Below, one piece after another: positions 1 through 12,800 of a stretch of DNA of 64,000 nucleotides. Under the pieces are notes generated by a model. The model did not search any database and had not been told where the DNA came from. It saw only the letters and a program-made list of their open reading frames with translations. The DNA comes from Raillietiella orientalis (taxonomy: Eukaryota): NCBI GenBank assembly GCA_036172245.1, contig JAYWIR010000009.1:2542001-2606000 (forward strand), given 5' to 3'. Made by a program: the position numbers and the translations under genes. Position 1 is the first letter of the stretch; each line of letters starts with the position of its first letter.

Positions 1-859
1 TTTTTTTTTTCTCTGGTTCACTCGACCGACATCACATCGGCAAACGTGGAACTCGCTCGGCTCATCGAAGAGGTCGCAAGCAGGGTTACCACGACGCCTG
101 CTGATGCTGCGAAGCCTCTGAATGGGGTGACTCGCGTTACTTCTTCCACCTCTCCAGAGTGATTCGTTGGGGTGGCTCACGAGTAGTGTGATGCTCGTGA
201 TTTGTATAGGCAAAGGCAACTAGCTAACGAACTGCCTTTGCATGTAATCATGAGCATCACATCATTAGAGGTTTGGTACACGACACACACAGCAGCTGTT
301 TGTTTAGGGAAGCACCGCTTTACTCTCTGCGCTATATGGGTGTTTTGATTCGAAAAATCGCCGTAGTGGATTCGTGGATTCCAACTTTACAATTCTACCG
401 TGCTGATAATCTACTGCTTATCTCTATCCATACCTTTCATCTTTCCGAAAGCAATTGCTAACCTTCCGTGTCCCTATGGCACTATGCAGCGAGTTGCTGA
501 GCATTCATCTAATCTTCTAATTCTTCCGATGATTCTGCTTCGCCTCCCACTTCCACTTTACGAAATAAATCCATCTCACGAGGTGCAGGAAATGTAGGTG
601 GAATCAAATCGCGTCCACTAAATCCCGAGATAGGGTGACTTGTGATTCAGTGCGACCTTCAAATTTCCGTTTGCCCCATAAATTTTGACAATTTTCATTG
701 TAAAGCAACCCTATTGGAAAATTTTCTTTTTCCTTTTTTTTTTTTTTTTTTTGAAAGAAAGGAAAAAAGGCAACCCGATATCTTTGTCAGCTTCCCATCA
801 TTCTTCCTTCAAGTTCCTGTAACTCGCAGTGGCTGCGTTCTTTTCGAAATTTCGATTCA

Positions 860-1520
860 GCACCGGTGCTTGCTCGTGGGTCGGATTCCAGGTTCGCATC
901 TTTGCACGGAACTGTGGGGGAAAAGGAAATAGGTGGGCACTTTCCACGTGCTGGCCGTCTCGTGGTCCGACGTATGAAACTGGCAATCTTGGCATTCTGC
1001 ACTGAACGCCATATCTGCAAGACTCGACCTCAGGGTCATTCCAGGAATCACGGAGTGGGGAGTTCTCCCTCCGGCTGTAAAGGAGAGGATCCTCCATTCC
1101 GGAGGGACCCTCCGCGTCGTACTGATGGAGTAGGCGTGTCGCCACCATCTCTCCAGAGAGTGCAGAGAAGCGAGCCGATTCCTTCGGGGAAGCTGCGTCC
1201 TTCAGAGGAGTAAAAACAGGAGCGGATCCCTTGCGGGGGATCCCTCCGGAGAAGAAATTCCAGGATCGGATCCTTTTCTGGGTTCCCTTCAGAGAAGAAA
1301 GAATGTAGAGGAACTCCCCCCGGGAGTCCTCCAGAGAGAATAAGGCAGGAGGATTCCCTTCTGGATTCCCCTTCGGAGATAACCAGGGTGGAAGTGATCT
1401 CCATTTCCGGGGATCCCTCCCCAGGAGTGAGAGGAACGGACTTCCTGGATTCATAGGGCGGACCCTTCCCGGGGTAACCCCTATTTTGAAGAAGGACCCA
1501 CCCTCTCGGTGGGTAATTTC
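860..1520 (+). mobile_element. Hairpin-array SINE-like element, copy S1 (head degenerate, no clear tail)
   Basis: 1030-1520 is the close reverse complement of 37490-37990. Repeat units start near 1177, 1224, 1268, 1311, 1351, 1396 and 1438. Only a weak B-box-like GTGGGTCGGATTCC at 876-889. Confidence 0.65.
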
Positions 1521-2807
1521 GACGCCAAACGTCACGAAACCGCCTCCAGTAAATCCTCGCAGCACAATTCGGGTTTGCCATTCTCTTTCGGCAAAGCAAA
1601 GACGTTCGATCCCTCGTCTCCTGAGAAAGTCACACAGCCTTTTCGATTCCCCGGCCTCTAACAAGTGACTCCAGAAATCGCGGAATCACTTGAAAGCCTC
1701 ATTTACAGGTCAGCCTGTCGCTTCATAATTTTAACTTTCTAATATGACAGAAGAACCATCGAATGACACAGCCAGGGGACTCCTTATTACGAAATAAATA
1801 AAAGCAGTGACGAGGGATGGTTATTTTCACCTGCACGATGCTCCATCATGGGATGCTGACACAGACAGTGTATTCTTCATGCCCTGAATGTGTTTCAGAT
1901 GTTCCTCAGAAAAGCATGCAAATCCACTGCATTTGCATTCAGGGAACCTACAGGAATCGCTCTCAAATTGATTGATTGATGTTGCAAAAGGATATGAATA
2001 CATTTTAGCGAGCATTTTCTTCCGATGATTACATACTGGTGTTTATCTTTCTGGTTCAGAAATAGGCATCCAAGGCTCTCTGATTTCCTGTTCAAACGGG
2101 CTGCTTTATCCACATGCCAAATATTCCTCTCAGGGAGCGCCCTTAGTCTTCCCCGCACAGGCAATCACAGCCATTTGATCGCAGGGACGTCGTCTGTTTG
2201 CGGATTGTGTCCCTAGGAGTGGTAGCAAAAATCTTGCTCCAGTATCCAAAAAATCAGTAAAAAAAAATCCCGATCATCTACAAATTTGAAATTTCAGCGT
2301 GAATGCAAAGTGGCAAAAGTAAAGGGGCACGGAATTTTACAAATCGTAGAGCTTCAGTGACACTCTATTCCCATCCATGGTGTGACGTGGGAGTAACAGC
2401 CTCTTTGAAGTTTCCCTAGCTTGGTCGGGAGAAGGGAATTGCATTCTCTCGTCTTTCAGGAAGAAGTCGAGTAGGCAGTTCAGCCAAGTACGGGATATTT
2501 TCGCGACTTCAGCTAACGAGGCAAATTATAAATTAAAGAAAAAAAAAAAAATGCTCGCCACGTAAATTCTGCTCGACGATTCCCTTTGCTCCTTGTCACT
2601 GCAGGTTCACTGCCAGTCTCACAATCACAATCTCACAATCAGATGCATGCTGCTGATCAGTCCGTGTTCTCCTCACCTTTAATCTTTCATCGAGCGTTTT
2701 GAAAAGACTTCTCACGACAGAACCATCTCGGGTCAAGCAAAAACGAAGACTTTTCAGGGCAAAGAAGACCGTCTTTGCCCTCAAAAGATCTGATTCCCGA
2801 AGTAGAA

Positions 2808-3430
2808 GGACTCGGTACTGCAGCTGTTGCACTGGACGATCCCATGCAGCGCGCGAGTCCACCGCTGGACGATGGGCAGTGAGGCTCCGGAGCGGGGAAC
2901 AGGAAACCTTCCCCCACCTGCTCCTGGACGGTGATGGCCTTCTGAGTGTCCGGGAATGCTTCTCTGCGGCCCTCGCACTCCCGGTGGACAACGGGAGTGA
3001 GGTCCTGCGGAGCCTCTTCGATCGTGACTCGATGTCGCCTGCAGCCTCCCTTGCAGCTCCGTGTGTCCTTCGTGGGGTTGCGACGGCGAGAATTCGCTCC
3101 GAAAGAGGACGGTCAGACGGTGACGTCATCGCAATCGTCTGCCCCTTCGTGAAGGAGGCGACAGGATGGCCACGCCTCTGCCAACAAAGGAAAAAGTTGC
3201 CATCATCTTCTAGAGGATGCTGAGGACGCCGCTAGGACTGAAATCTGCGATCCCTTTTCTTCCCTCCCAAACATTTTTAAACTGTACTTTTGTGTGTTTT
3301 TTTTTTTGTTTTTGTTAATCGCTTCCCCCATTTCTCCCGTGAGGAGCTTATCGGGGAGCTCACGAGAATTTGTTACTCCGAGGCATCTTCCTTCGTAGTG
3401 GTGACGTGAAGCTACCACGAGTGACAGGCA
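2808..3430 (+). mobile_element. L1/Tx1-like LINE 3' fragment A (zf-RVT remnant + 3' UTR)
   Basis: Translates DSVLQLLHWTIPC...GEQETFPHLLLD...MSPAASLAA...DVIAIVCPFVKE. It is an inverted homologue of 16560-17200. Confidence 0.75.
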
Positions 3431-4804
3431 TCTCTTATCTCGTATACGAATCCTTTGTAGATATCCTTCCCAATGAACGCCCTGGCGTGACCGGGTGGAA
3501 AAAAAAACATTAGACCCCATACTCTACCAGCTGTCTTGAATCCGGAAGATACTGATGATTACATCGAAAGACGAAAAATTCATCACCTATGCTTCGTTTC
3601 CTAATTTCTTTTACATCCTGATAAACATTCTTTGATTCTTTGAGACTGTCTTCGCTTGTACCTTGTAAACAGAAAAGTTCTGTTTTTCGGATCGAGCATC
3701 TGCGTGGAAATGGGTCATCTTTCAGAGAGAGGAAGAAGCTTTTTAAACAGCTCGGGTGCATTGAAGTCACTATGTAGAGGTTCCGGAAGAACCTTTGTTT
3801 TGAATTTCATCGAAGCACTCACCGTTTCATCTGAGGAGGCGAAGGAGCATCTTGCTCAGAGTCCAGGACCGTTACTCAGGGGATTATTCGCGGCTCCTAC
3901 GACAGATTGCGGGGTAAGCAAACATCTCTTCGTGATCGCATAATGGCTATCCAGAGCACGGCACGAAAGCACGAAGGCTCATCTCCTGGTTGCCTGGAGC
4001 ACCTCATCCTTCGCGAGCGACAATTAAGAGAAGGACACGAAAGCAGACTTTCTTAATTTCTCGAGCTTTCACGGTCAGATGGACCCTTGTGCACTGAAGA
4101 TTGATTGCTCATTGGTTTTTAAATCGATCAATTTGTCCCAGGTTACGACTGTTAAGCAGAGGTCAGTGGTCCAGAAAAGCAAAACGAGACCTGGAAGCTG
4201 ACACGAGAGGCGCCTTGATTTTTCGCCGTCCGAGAGGCTGAAAGTGAAGGCCTATCTGAGGCGGAAGAAGCGAGAATGTTTCATTTTTTCTCCTGCGAGA
4301 TGCGGAGCTCTGCTTGCAGAAGTCACGTCTGACGGATTCTCCAGATTACACGGTCCGTTCCGGAAAGCTGCCGACATCGGAGCAGTCTGGTCCAGCGATG
4401 CCGGTTCTTTATTTGCTCTGAATACAAAAAAACATAAGCATCACCCGGGAGCCTCGGGCCTTTTCTCACGTGGACCCGTAAGGAACCTTCAGCACGATGA
4501 GCAGGTAACGGATTTAATCCAGCCATTCATAGCTCCGCTTTTATCTAGTTTACTTTGCCATGAATTGGCAAAACGAAACTAATGTATCACTAATGTATCA
4601 CAAATCAAATGGTGGACAGCGGAATGCATATGACCATGCGCATCCCATGAATAGCAGGACATCAAAACTCTCCTTTCTCATTTATTCAACAAAGTTTGCA
4701 GAGAATCAAAATACAAAATAACGGCATCTGCGTGAGGTCTCAGAAAAAGGCGGACGTAAACTTTGTGGTGATTTTGTAAACATAATCGAAATTTAATCCT
4801 ATCG

Positions 4805-5317
4805 CTATTGTGTACGTGAAGAAGAAGGACCTGCTGCATCTAATGGGGTAGTCTTACTTGGCGTATTGATAGCTAACAAGCTGTCTACTTCCGCAAATCT
4901 CTCTCGAAATTCTCGATTCCCACGTAAATCATTAAATGAATTCAATATATCACCAATGACTTCCTGGCATTCCTTATTGCTTACAACAAACTTCCGAGCA
5001 GCTTTTACGGCATCAGTTAACACCTCAAATTGTGACTCCTTCAGCCGAGGAATACGTTGATAAAACTCATCAAAGACACCCATCAATTTCTTACATTCTT
5101 CTATTTTACCTCTGCCGAGTAAACCAGCCAAAACAAGCCTTTCAGCCACGAAAAAAGCTTCCTTTCCTTCTTCAGTAATGTCGGGGGTTTTTTCGAGGAA
5201 CCTTGTTTGGAACCAGTTGGAAATTCTATCAAACCTACATTCCCTAACTGAGTTAGCTAAAAACCATCTAAAGTGCTCTCTTGCTTGCCTATAATTTGAG
5301 ATTTGCTCTTTATCCAT
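4805..5317 (-). CDS. Intronless 170-aa hypothetical protein, probably mostly helical
   Basis: Uninterrupted ATG-to-TAG ORF with natural globular composition. Three sampled 60-mers are 33-43% GC, lower than the flanks. AATAAA lies on the - strand at 4681-4686, about 120 bp past the stop. Confidence 0.6.
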   Translation of the reverse strand: MDKEQISNYRQAREHFRWFLANSVRECRFDRISNWFQTRFLEKTPDITEEGKEAFFVAERLVLAGLLGRGKIEECKKLMGVFDEFYQRIPRLKESQFEVLTDAVKAARKFVVSNKECQEVIGDILNSFNDLRGNREFRERFAEVDSLLAINTPSKTTPLDAAGPSSSRTQ

Positions 5318-5779
5318 GATGCAATTCCTCCACTATTAGCAGGCAAGAGAGAACGTGGAAGCGTGGACAGGGGAATGCCCCGTTTCGTAATTTGCGGAAG
5401 CTTCCTGTCCGTGGGAACACGGGATGTTGCAGGCTGTTGAGGCTCGGCAGATGAGTGACGCAATCCAACTCCCAGCATCCAACTCTGTAGATGGAGAGGG
5501 TGGAAAAGCCAAACGGACTGTCACGATCGCAAGCACTGGGGCGAGGCTGCAGTATTCGATCCGTACGAGTGAAATGTGCTCAACACCATTCTTCAGGTAT
5601 CCTCGTTCGTTTACAATCTGGTAACCCTGTACGAATTCTTGACTGTCGTGTGTGCTGCCAGGGCTGCTGCTGATTAGAGGAACCAGGAATTGTCCATAAA
5701 TACACTTTCCTGTGTCCCTCTGCCTTCCAGCATTGAACTGCCCGCGAGGCAACCATGGAAGTCCGCCTTGCCGCGACAT

Positions 5780-7160
5780 CAAAGGGTTTTCGTTGGTTAC
5801 TTTTAGCACCGCAGGGCAAGGGGCACGTGTTTAGCAGACGAGGTAGGTGAGGGGTTTGGGGAAATGAAAAAACATGCACTCAACACCGTCGTCCTCTCAG
5901 GAAGGCTTTGGCAGCCTTTAAAAGCTTCTGAAGGATGTAGCGGATGGTCCACGTCGGGATTCTACCACAGCTTTCGCTTCCTGTTTGTTTTTCTTTTTTT
6001 ATAATGAGCCCATCGAAATGTCCCATCCTCCAAGGGGTCTTCTGCTCGGGTTGTTTTTCCTATGGATCTCTTGACCACTTGCCATTCCTTGGCAACAGTT
6101 CTGCAGGTGTTGAGGCCATCTGCCATGACCCACATGCCGAGCAGCTTGCGTAGTTGGGGTCCCTCGCCCAGTGCCGAAACCTCGCCCCGCACGGGATCCT
6201 TGATAAAACATCAGGATGCAGCCTTGGACCTTTGGTGGTAGGTCGCTTCTCCATAGTACCGTCCCGAAGGTGCGTGCGTTCAGGGCAGGATGCGGGCGTC
6301 TCGCTCATGTCTTCTCCAGTGCCTCTGCTGCGGTTGACTCGCATCTCGAGGTGCTCCTTCGGAGTTCAGTGGTTGTCCTTGATCCACTGCGAGCTATGAT
6401 CTTGCCACTGCTCTCAAGTCCTGTGCGTCATCCACCTTTGCACCGGAGAGCTTGCATTTCGTGGGTGTTCCTGCTGGCGGATGTTGTGATGCCTTCCATC
6501 TGGTTGAACCTCTCCTTTTGCCACTGGATTGCCACAGCTTCCTGTCAGCTCACAGGTAGCTGCTTCGCGTCCTCATCTTCGAGTGTCCTGAAGGTGCTGC
6601 GATGGCCTCCCCGATTTGGCCCCCTCACGACATCACCACGCGCAGAACATTGTAACGAGATGGACATGTCCCCCTCTCTTCCCCCTCCTTCTCTTCCCTG
6701 ACCACTTCTGACGCAGTCGGCCTGGAAGTTTCCATCTGTAGGAAAGGATACCAAACGTGCAGTTTCCTCGTGCTTCTCATGAGGTGATTTTCCTGCCCCC
6801 CTACATTTCTTCGGACACTTCCACATTATTCTTGAGCGTGTCTTGGTCACATAAGTCATGTGCTTCTCCGCAGTGCAAGCAGGAACGAGTCCTTCTGTGA
6901 ATGGAAGGACTTAATTTTTTCAAAGGTCTCAGATGATCATCGGTTGGCCTTTGGATTCGGAACCACGCGAAATGCTTTTGGTTTACCTCCTCCAAGAGGC
7001 CGCGCTGCAAAGCGGCAAAAATCTTTTGAGTCTTTTCCGGAACAGCCTTCTGAATAAAACGGTAGGAAATAAGGAATGAGGGAATGGGAAGAACGCTTCT
7101 CGTTTCGGGAAGAAGTCGAGCAGGGACAGGTACATCAGTTAAGTGAGACGGACTCATGGA
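5780..7160 (-). mobile_element. L1/Tx1-like LINE 3' fragment L (second subfamily)
   Basis: Frameshifted motifs in the expected order: RSVLPIPSFLIS...KTQKIF...KHFAWFRIQRP (post-RT L1 signature), then VLWRSDLPPKVQGCILMFYQG and ARFRHW...ASCSACG...QHLQNC (zf-RVT). Confidence 0.7.
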
Positions 7161-9329
7161 AAAGACGCAGCCTCCTTGCAGAACGAAGGTAATTCGTGTT
7201 TCGATGTATTGGGATGAATATATAATTTATAAAAGAGAGGCAGTTCTAAGAAGTCTAAGAATTCGCTTCGTACTTAGCAGTTGAGTCATCAGAAGCATTG
7301 ATTGCAAAGGAATCGATGAGACTTGACGAATCCCTGGATGCTTATTTGGCGTCATCTGAGAATAAGAAGCACTGCATTGCAAGGTCGCCGACTTTTAGAA
7401 ACGCACGAAGCAGCTCTAAGAATTGCCGTCGTTACAAGGGAAAAAAAAAATGCAATTCTAATTCTTTTATCAGATAGAGTTGCAGATCGTCGTATTCTTC
7501 TCCGCCGCGAAACTCCACTGCGTTTCATCCCAGCAGATCAAACACGAGGGTTGAGGTGCCCGAGGCAACGTGAGAACAGGGCAGCCACCGCTGTCTTTTT
7601 ATCGTTTCGATGTCGGTTCATTCTTTCCTCCCCTCATCAGAGTGTTGGAATGTCTTTTCCTAGTGCACTCAAACCATGCAGCCATGTTCTTGCACTTTCT
7701 CAAGTGCCGTGTACTTTACTTTTCGCGGACGCGCAAGGAACACTCTTTTCCTTTTTGTTTGTTTGTCTTCTTTTTTTGAAAGTGTGTTGCCACCATGTTA
7801 AATGAAGGATCCAGCTTCCACGCGTTCCACGACCAGCGTTTCACAATGAGATGGATCCGAAGCGCCGATCCCCATCATCATCTCATGCACCTGGACCTTC
7901 TTCGAAGGACGTCTCTTCAGCGGCAAGTGTTCTTCCAAGTGATGCGATTGGGCAGTGATTCAGATTGCTTAATTCTCCAAACGCCGGATTGGATTATTAG
8001 ATTTCATAATCCGTTCTCAAGATGGTGATAAATCTCGCGACGATTCGAATTCTTTAATTGGTCTGTTGCTTTGAATTTATGACTGCCGTCAGGGAATCCA
8101 AGCACGAGAGAAAACAATTTGATGGGTTTGAAATGTCCTGCACTCGAGGAACCACGGTCCATGCTGCGCGTTTCGCGTAAGGGCAGCCGTGTCAGCCCCA
8201 CCAACTACATAGTTCAATGGCACGCTTCCTTTATGTCTGCTTGTTCCAGGAATTGTACAAGAAGTCATCGGGCACAGTGGTTCCCGATGATCAAAAAAGA
8301 GGACTTCACTGACCTAAACGGAAATGCAATGCAACACCAATGTAAGCGCAGTCATAGGTTTTCCTATCCGCGTTTCGATCCTGGGAACGTGTCGCCATCT
8401 TTGCATTCCCTCTTCCACGTGCGCTTTCCTGGCCACCTCGCCTCTCGTGACCGGTCTTCTGAATCCCGCGAGCTACTCCGACTGGGAATATCCTCATTCG
8501 AAGCTCCCTTAGGGATGAATTTCTCCAAGAGAATTCCGGAGAAGGATGCGTTTCCTAGGTGGGGAAAGGAATCCTGCAGATAAGGTATTTCTCAGGGAAC
8601 TCGAAAGATGCATTCGTGACTACCTCCGGACCATGTCGAATGCGTGAGAATCCCCAGGCAAGAAATCAAATTCGCGTTTAGATGGCAATCACAATAAATA
8701 TGTTCCCTCCCTTTGATGTTAAAGATTCATGGCGGTCAGCTAAACGAACTGAGTAATCGAATCCCCAACAGCCTTCATCCCGACCAACGCACTGTACTCT
8801 TCCTGCTGGCCTTCATCGAATCCCACGTGAATTTCAAGCAGCAAGGTCCATGAAGCCAAGTGTATGCTCGCATGGGGGTACAGTTGATGTTAGTGGGGGG
8901 TGCAAACAAACGACGGAGGAGGACTATTCCACCATCTCCCCCACGTGGCTCATCTTCCTGGAGCACAGAAAGAGAAACCATCCGTGCATCCGTTCGCGCA
9001 CATCGAAGAACCCAAAAGTCCGTGTCGGGACGCACCGTGGCTGACGTTTCTTGTCGACTCTTCGTCTCTTCACACGTTCTTGGCTGTTCGCCGTTCGAAG
9101 CTTTGAGGTTTCCCTCAATGGCGAAAGATCAGCGGCGTTGAGGCGATAAATATATTCAGAACAAATGCGTGGCGTGTTCGATGATGTTTCCCATGAGAAG
9201 AGTTCCAAATCCATGGCGGCTATCGATGATTATTAGAGCTCGATTCGATGGACCGATTTACGGGGTCGTCTGCGCCCCATAAATCTCATATTGGCTTCCA
9301 TGTCTCAAGCAGAGTAAGGGTTTCCCCAA

Positions 9330-9540
9330 GCTCTTGTCACTCCAGAGTACTTCCAGAAAAGCTCTTCACAGACTGTGCAGCGGGCCTCTCCCCTTCCATG
9401 TGTCCATGGTTCCCATGCTCCGGTTTCCCTTTCTATACCATAGCCAAGGACGCAAACGAGTCAGTAGGAACGCTGGCACGAGAGACGCATCATCATGGAA
9501 ATACGAGGCAGCTTCTTTTTCTCAGCTCCAGAAAGATCCT
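9330..9540 (-). mobile_element. Possible LINE ORF2 C-terminal remnant (R..RLS...IE.G.W...R.C..C type)
   Basis: Reads RISMMMRLSCQ...GIERETGAW...EARCTVCEE with an internal stop. Motif resemblance only. Confidence 0.3.
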
Positions 9541-11064
9541 CAAAAATTACACGTAAAGATGATGATGGTAACACATCGCCGGGAACTCTGAGGTCGTAGG
9601 GGGAGACACGGAGGAATCCGAATCACCGAAGAGTCGCAATGAAGGAACGAGAGTCCCAAAACTCAGGAAAGACTGTCAAGAGTGGAAAATAAGAATCCTC
9701 ATAGGTAAAAGGGTGTGAGAAGCCACCCGCAAATAAATCAAAGGCAGCTCGTAACGCCTCTGGAAAAGCCTTCATATGAATAAATGACATAAATAAATGA
9801 CTGTGATCTTTCGATTCATCTTGCACTCTCCAAAAGCGTCGGATTTTCGTCCGGATCCAAGAGCATGGATCAGCAGTTTCGAGAAGCGACTTCTAATTTA
9901 TTACCACGCATTGATTTAAAATGCATCCATCATTTCCTCCGCTAATACATGTTTATTTCTGATAATGTGCTTTTTTCCATTTCTCGGGAAGCGAAATCAG
10001 CTCTGGAGCTCTGGAGTATGCCGAAAGCGACAGCAGTTGCCTTGGCAACTCTTGAATGGAGCAAGCAGTGTTCCCTTGCGTTTTGAAAATAGGGCTCGTT
10101 CGTCCAAACCCGTGAGGCGATTACCTAATTCCGTGAATATGAATAATAATGTAGATATCAATGAAAAGGAGTTCTGAATAAATAACAAAAGCTTAATTCC
10201 GAGCGCAGGATATTCCACAAGTGATGACGTGATCTGCGCTTGTTTGACATGGTGCTGTCGAGCTATTTCTCATCATGTCGACTCTGCTATTCCATCATAA
10301 TCATCAATGGAACGCTGCGTGAAAGAACGAGATTTCTTGCGGTGAAAGCTTGTTTCAGTTTCCATTCTTCTGGCTATTGATGAATGTTGCAATTCTGCGT
10401 AATTAGGTACCTTTTGCTCGTAGCTGAGTCTCGAATTTATAGGATGGGTTATTTATTTTCTTTCTTATACTTTATAGATCTGTCAAGGAACTCCATCGTG
10501 AATCACACGTGAATCACGCTCAAGGCAGAAATGCTAAAGAGAGGACACACCGATTTTCAAACCATCCGAGTGGCGCATTCACAGTCCACTGGTCCTCACA
10601 GCATGAAGACCACATTAGTATGTAATAAGCTGCATTTTAAGAGACAGCTCCCCTCCGAAGCGGAGTCATTTATACCATTTCTTGCATGTTAAGGTACTGA
10701 TTTCCACTCGATGAGCAGATGCTTACATTTTCGGCATGCAACCTTTGGTGTGAAGACAGGGTTCCCAATCACTCTTGCTTCAGAGCCAGTTCCATAGTTC
10801 GGATTTCCCCTCTCAGGAAGCAAAGCCGCAGCATCTTTCCACTCATTCGATGGATGCCACACGCCATCCACGAAGCTCGCTCCAACGTGTTGAAGTGTTT
10901 CTCATTGAGTTCTTCAGCCGCCCGGCGAACTGCAGGAACCACGGAGCGGGAACGGCAAAGTCACTCCCTGGAATTTCCAAGTAGGTAATTTTGCACGAGG
11001 AAAGGCGCAGAGCGTGATGAAAAGAAGCCATCGTGAATCAGTTTGATAATGGGGAACCGGAAAC

Positions 11065-11340
11065 GTGAATCCGAGAGTGCAGGATCAGATCCAGACGAAA
11101 ACGCTGCAGGCGCAAAGTAGATGGAGGCGGGTTTGGAATGCTTCGGTAAGTTCACTCTCCGGACGTATTACAAATCTCAGCGATTTCGGCAGCTTCCCGG
11201 AGGAGTTTTCTGGACCTTTCGTTAGCTACGTGTACACTGCATGCAAGTTCCCCCAAGGATCCGTGGATGCTCGCATTTATAACTTGCTTCAAGTGATACA
11301 GAATGAGAGTCACGACGTAGAGCTCGAGGAAGATGCTTTC
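11065..11340 (+). mobile_element. Possible Mutator/MULE transposase C-terminal remnant
   Basis: RVWNASVSSLSGRITNLS...ARIYNLLQVIQNE resembles the MULE WN...RTNN.SE...P.IY.L..V...E motif. Degenerate. Confidence 0.3.
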
Positions 11341-11799
11341 TGCTCTTCGAGGTACGAGTTTGACAGATGCGCATGCGTTCCACTCAGGACGCAAAGTGTA
11401 CATGTCCGCAATGAGGATCATTCCCAGCTCTGGAAGCACCGCTCGTGTATCAATGGCCAAGTGGCGCCGCGCCGCAAGAAGAACGGCGATTTGAAATCAG
11501 TCCTCGAGCTGCTCACAGCACAGAAGATGGTCCTTAATGTAGGTAGCAAGGATGGGACGTCTTTCGTGAAGAACGAATGAGACAGAGCGGGACGTGAGCG
11601 GTGCAGCGATCGCAAAGGCTCGGAATTCGTGAGGACGGCGAGGTGGCATGCAGAATGCGGCTACGACAAGAACTCCAAAGCGACCTGAACTTCTCATAGC
11701 AGATTTCTGGAAGGTTTGCTCCCTGTCAGGCCGGGACATTGGTAGAAAATAAACCACAAATAACGGGAACGGCGTCCCCTGAATACCAGAGAAAAAAAA

Positions 11800-12800
11800 C
11801 CAGAAGTTTATTGGGGATGCCCACCGGCGCTCAGGCCGGATTCTATAAAAGTAGGGGACGGAGGGAAGGGACAATGGATAAATGAAAAAAAGACGGGAGG
11901 GTAGGAATCTGTGAGGCGTTTTAATCGTTCTTTTCTTCCTAGAAGCGGCTATGCATGGTTGCGATCTCTGTGATGACGTCTGGCACCTTCATCACCGTCT
12001 GGCACCGTCTGGCACCACCTTCGTCGGCCACCTTGCAGGCGTCCTCATGAAGGTGACTTCCATTCTGATGAGCTCCCGCTCTGTGGAGGAGACTCCAGTA
12101 CATGGCGGACTGTTACTATGGGGCCGCTGCAACATTTGTTCCAATCATGGCATCCGCCTTCAGCCGGCCCTGAATAGAGAAACGCCGCAGCAAGTCCGAA
12201 GAGGTTCCCTCCGGCAGCGCCGAAGAGAGTCTCTGCCACATGTCCTCCAGGGCCTGCAGTCCAACACTGCAATCCACTGTTTCGGTTCTGGAACAGTGCG
12301 GGAAGGCAACTCACCCGGTAACCAGGTTCCTACGCTGGTTGCACTGGCAATTCCCAGTGGAGAGGCCGAGCGGGAACACGGAGGTGTCCGCACGCTAGGA
12401 TGGGACCACGAGTTCTTCAGGGGTGCACACCGAGAAGGTCGCTCCACCGGTGGAGTCCCGTTGCCCGGAAACGAGGAGTGGCACCGTCTACCAACTCGCT
12501 CGTCTTGCAGCCGTCGAGGAGTCCCTCGATTCCTGCAATGCTGCAGGAGAGCTCCTGCCCCTGCGGTTGGCCTGTTTAGGCCCTCGAGTGCTTGTCCTGA
12601 GGACAGACAGTGCTGGCGGCAAAGGGCGAGACGATTAAGCAGTATCGATGCGTCCATTCCTGCAGAAGATCTCCCTGTGATTTACACAGGAGTTTCCTCA
12701 GAGGAGTCAGTTTCCTCTGGGCTCACTTCCAGAGTGACAGCCCAGGAGATTTCGGGAAGCGGGCACCGAGAATCCACTCTGATTTCCTTCTCCCTCCGAT
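11800..12800 (-). mobile_element. L1/Tx1-like LINE 3' fragment H
   Basis: 12300-12470 aligns with the reverse complement of 28500-28710. Motifs WILGARF...SLWK...ILLNRL and KQWIAVLDCRPWR are present. Pyrimidine-rich 3' UTR with AATAAA near 11807-11812 (- strand). Confidence 0.6.

Noticed and set aside
798..1664. 288-aa ORF (longest in the track) and similar ORFs at 15552-16432, 41627-42414 and 47450-47935
   Set aside because: They overlie the SINE array, have low-complexity P/G/S/R composition, and the frame is not conserved between copies.
8370..8605. Possible further very decayed SINE copy
   Set aside because: Only scattered short word matches, with no core or tail motif.
12066..12100. Hammerhead ribozyme candidates (CTGATGA at ~12066 and ~3552)
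   Set aside because: At 12066 a stem II forms but is followed by GAGAC rather than GAAAC. At 3552 there is no stem II. Stems I and III were not found.
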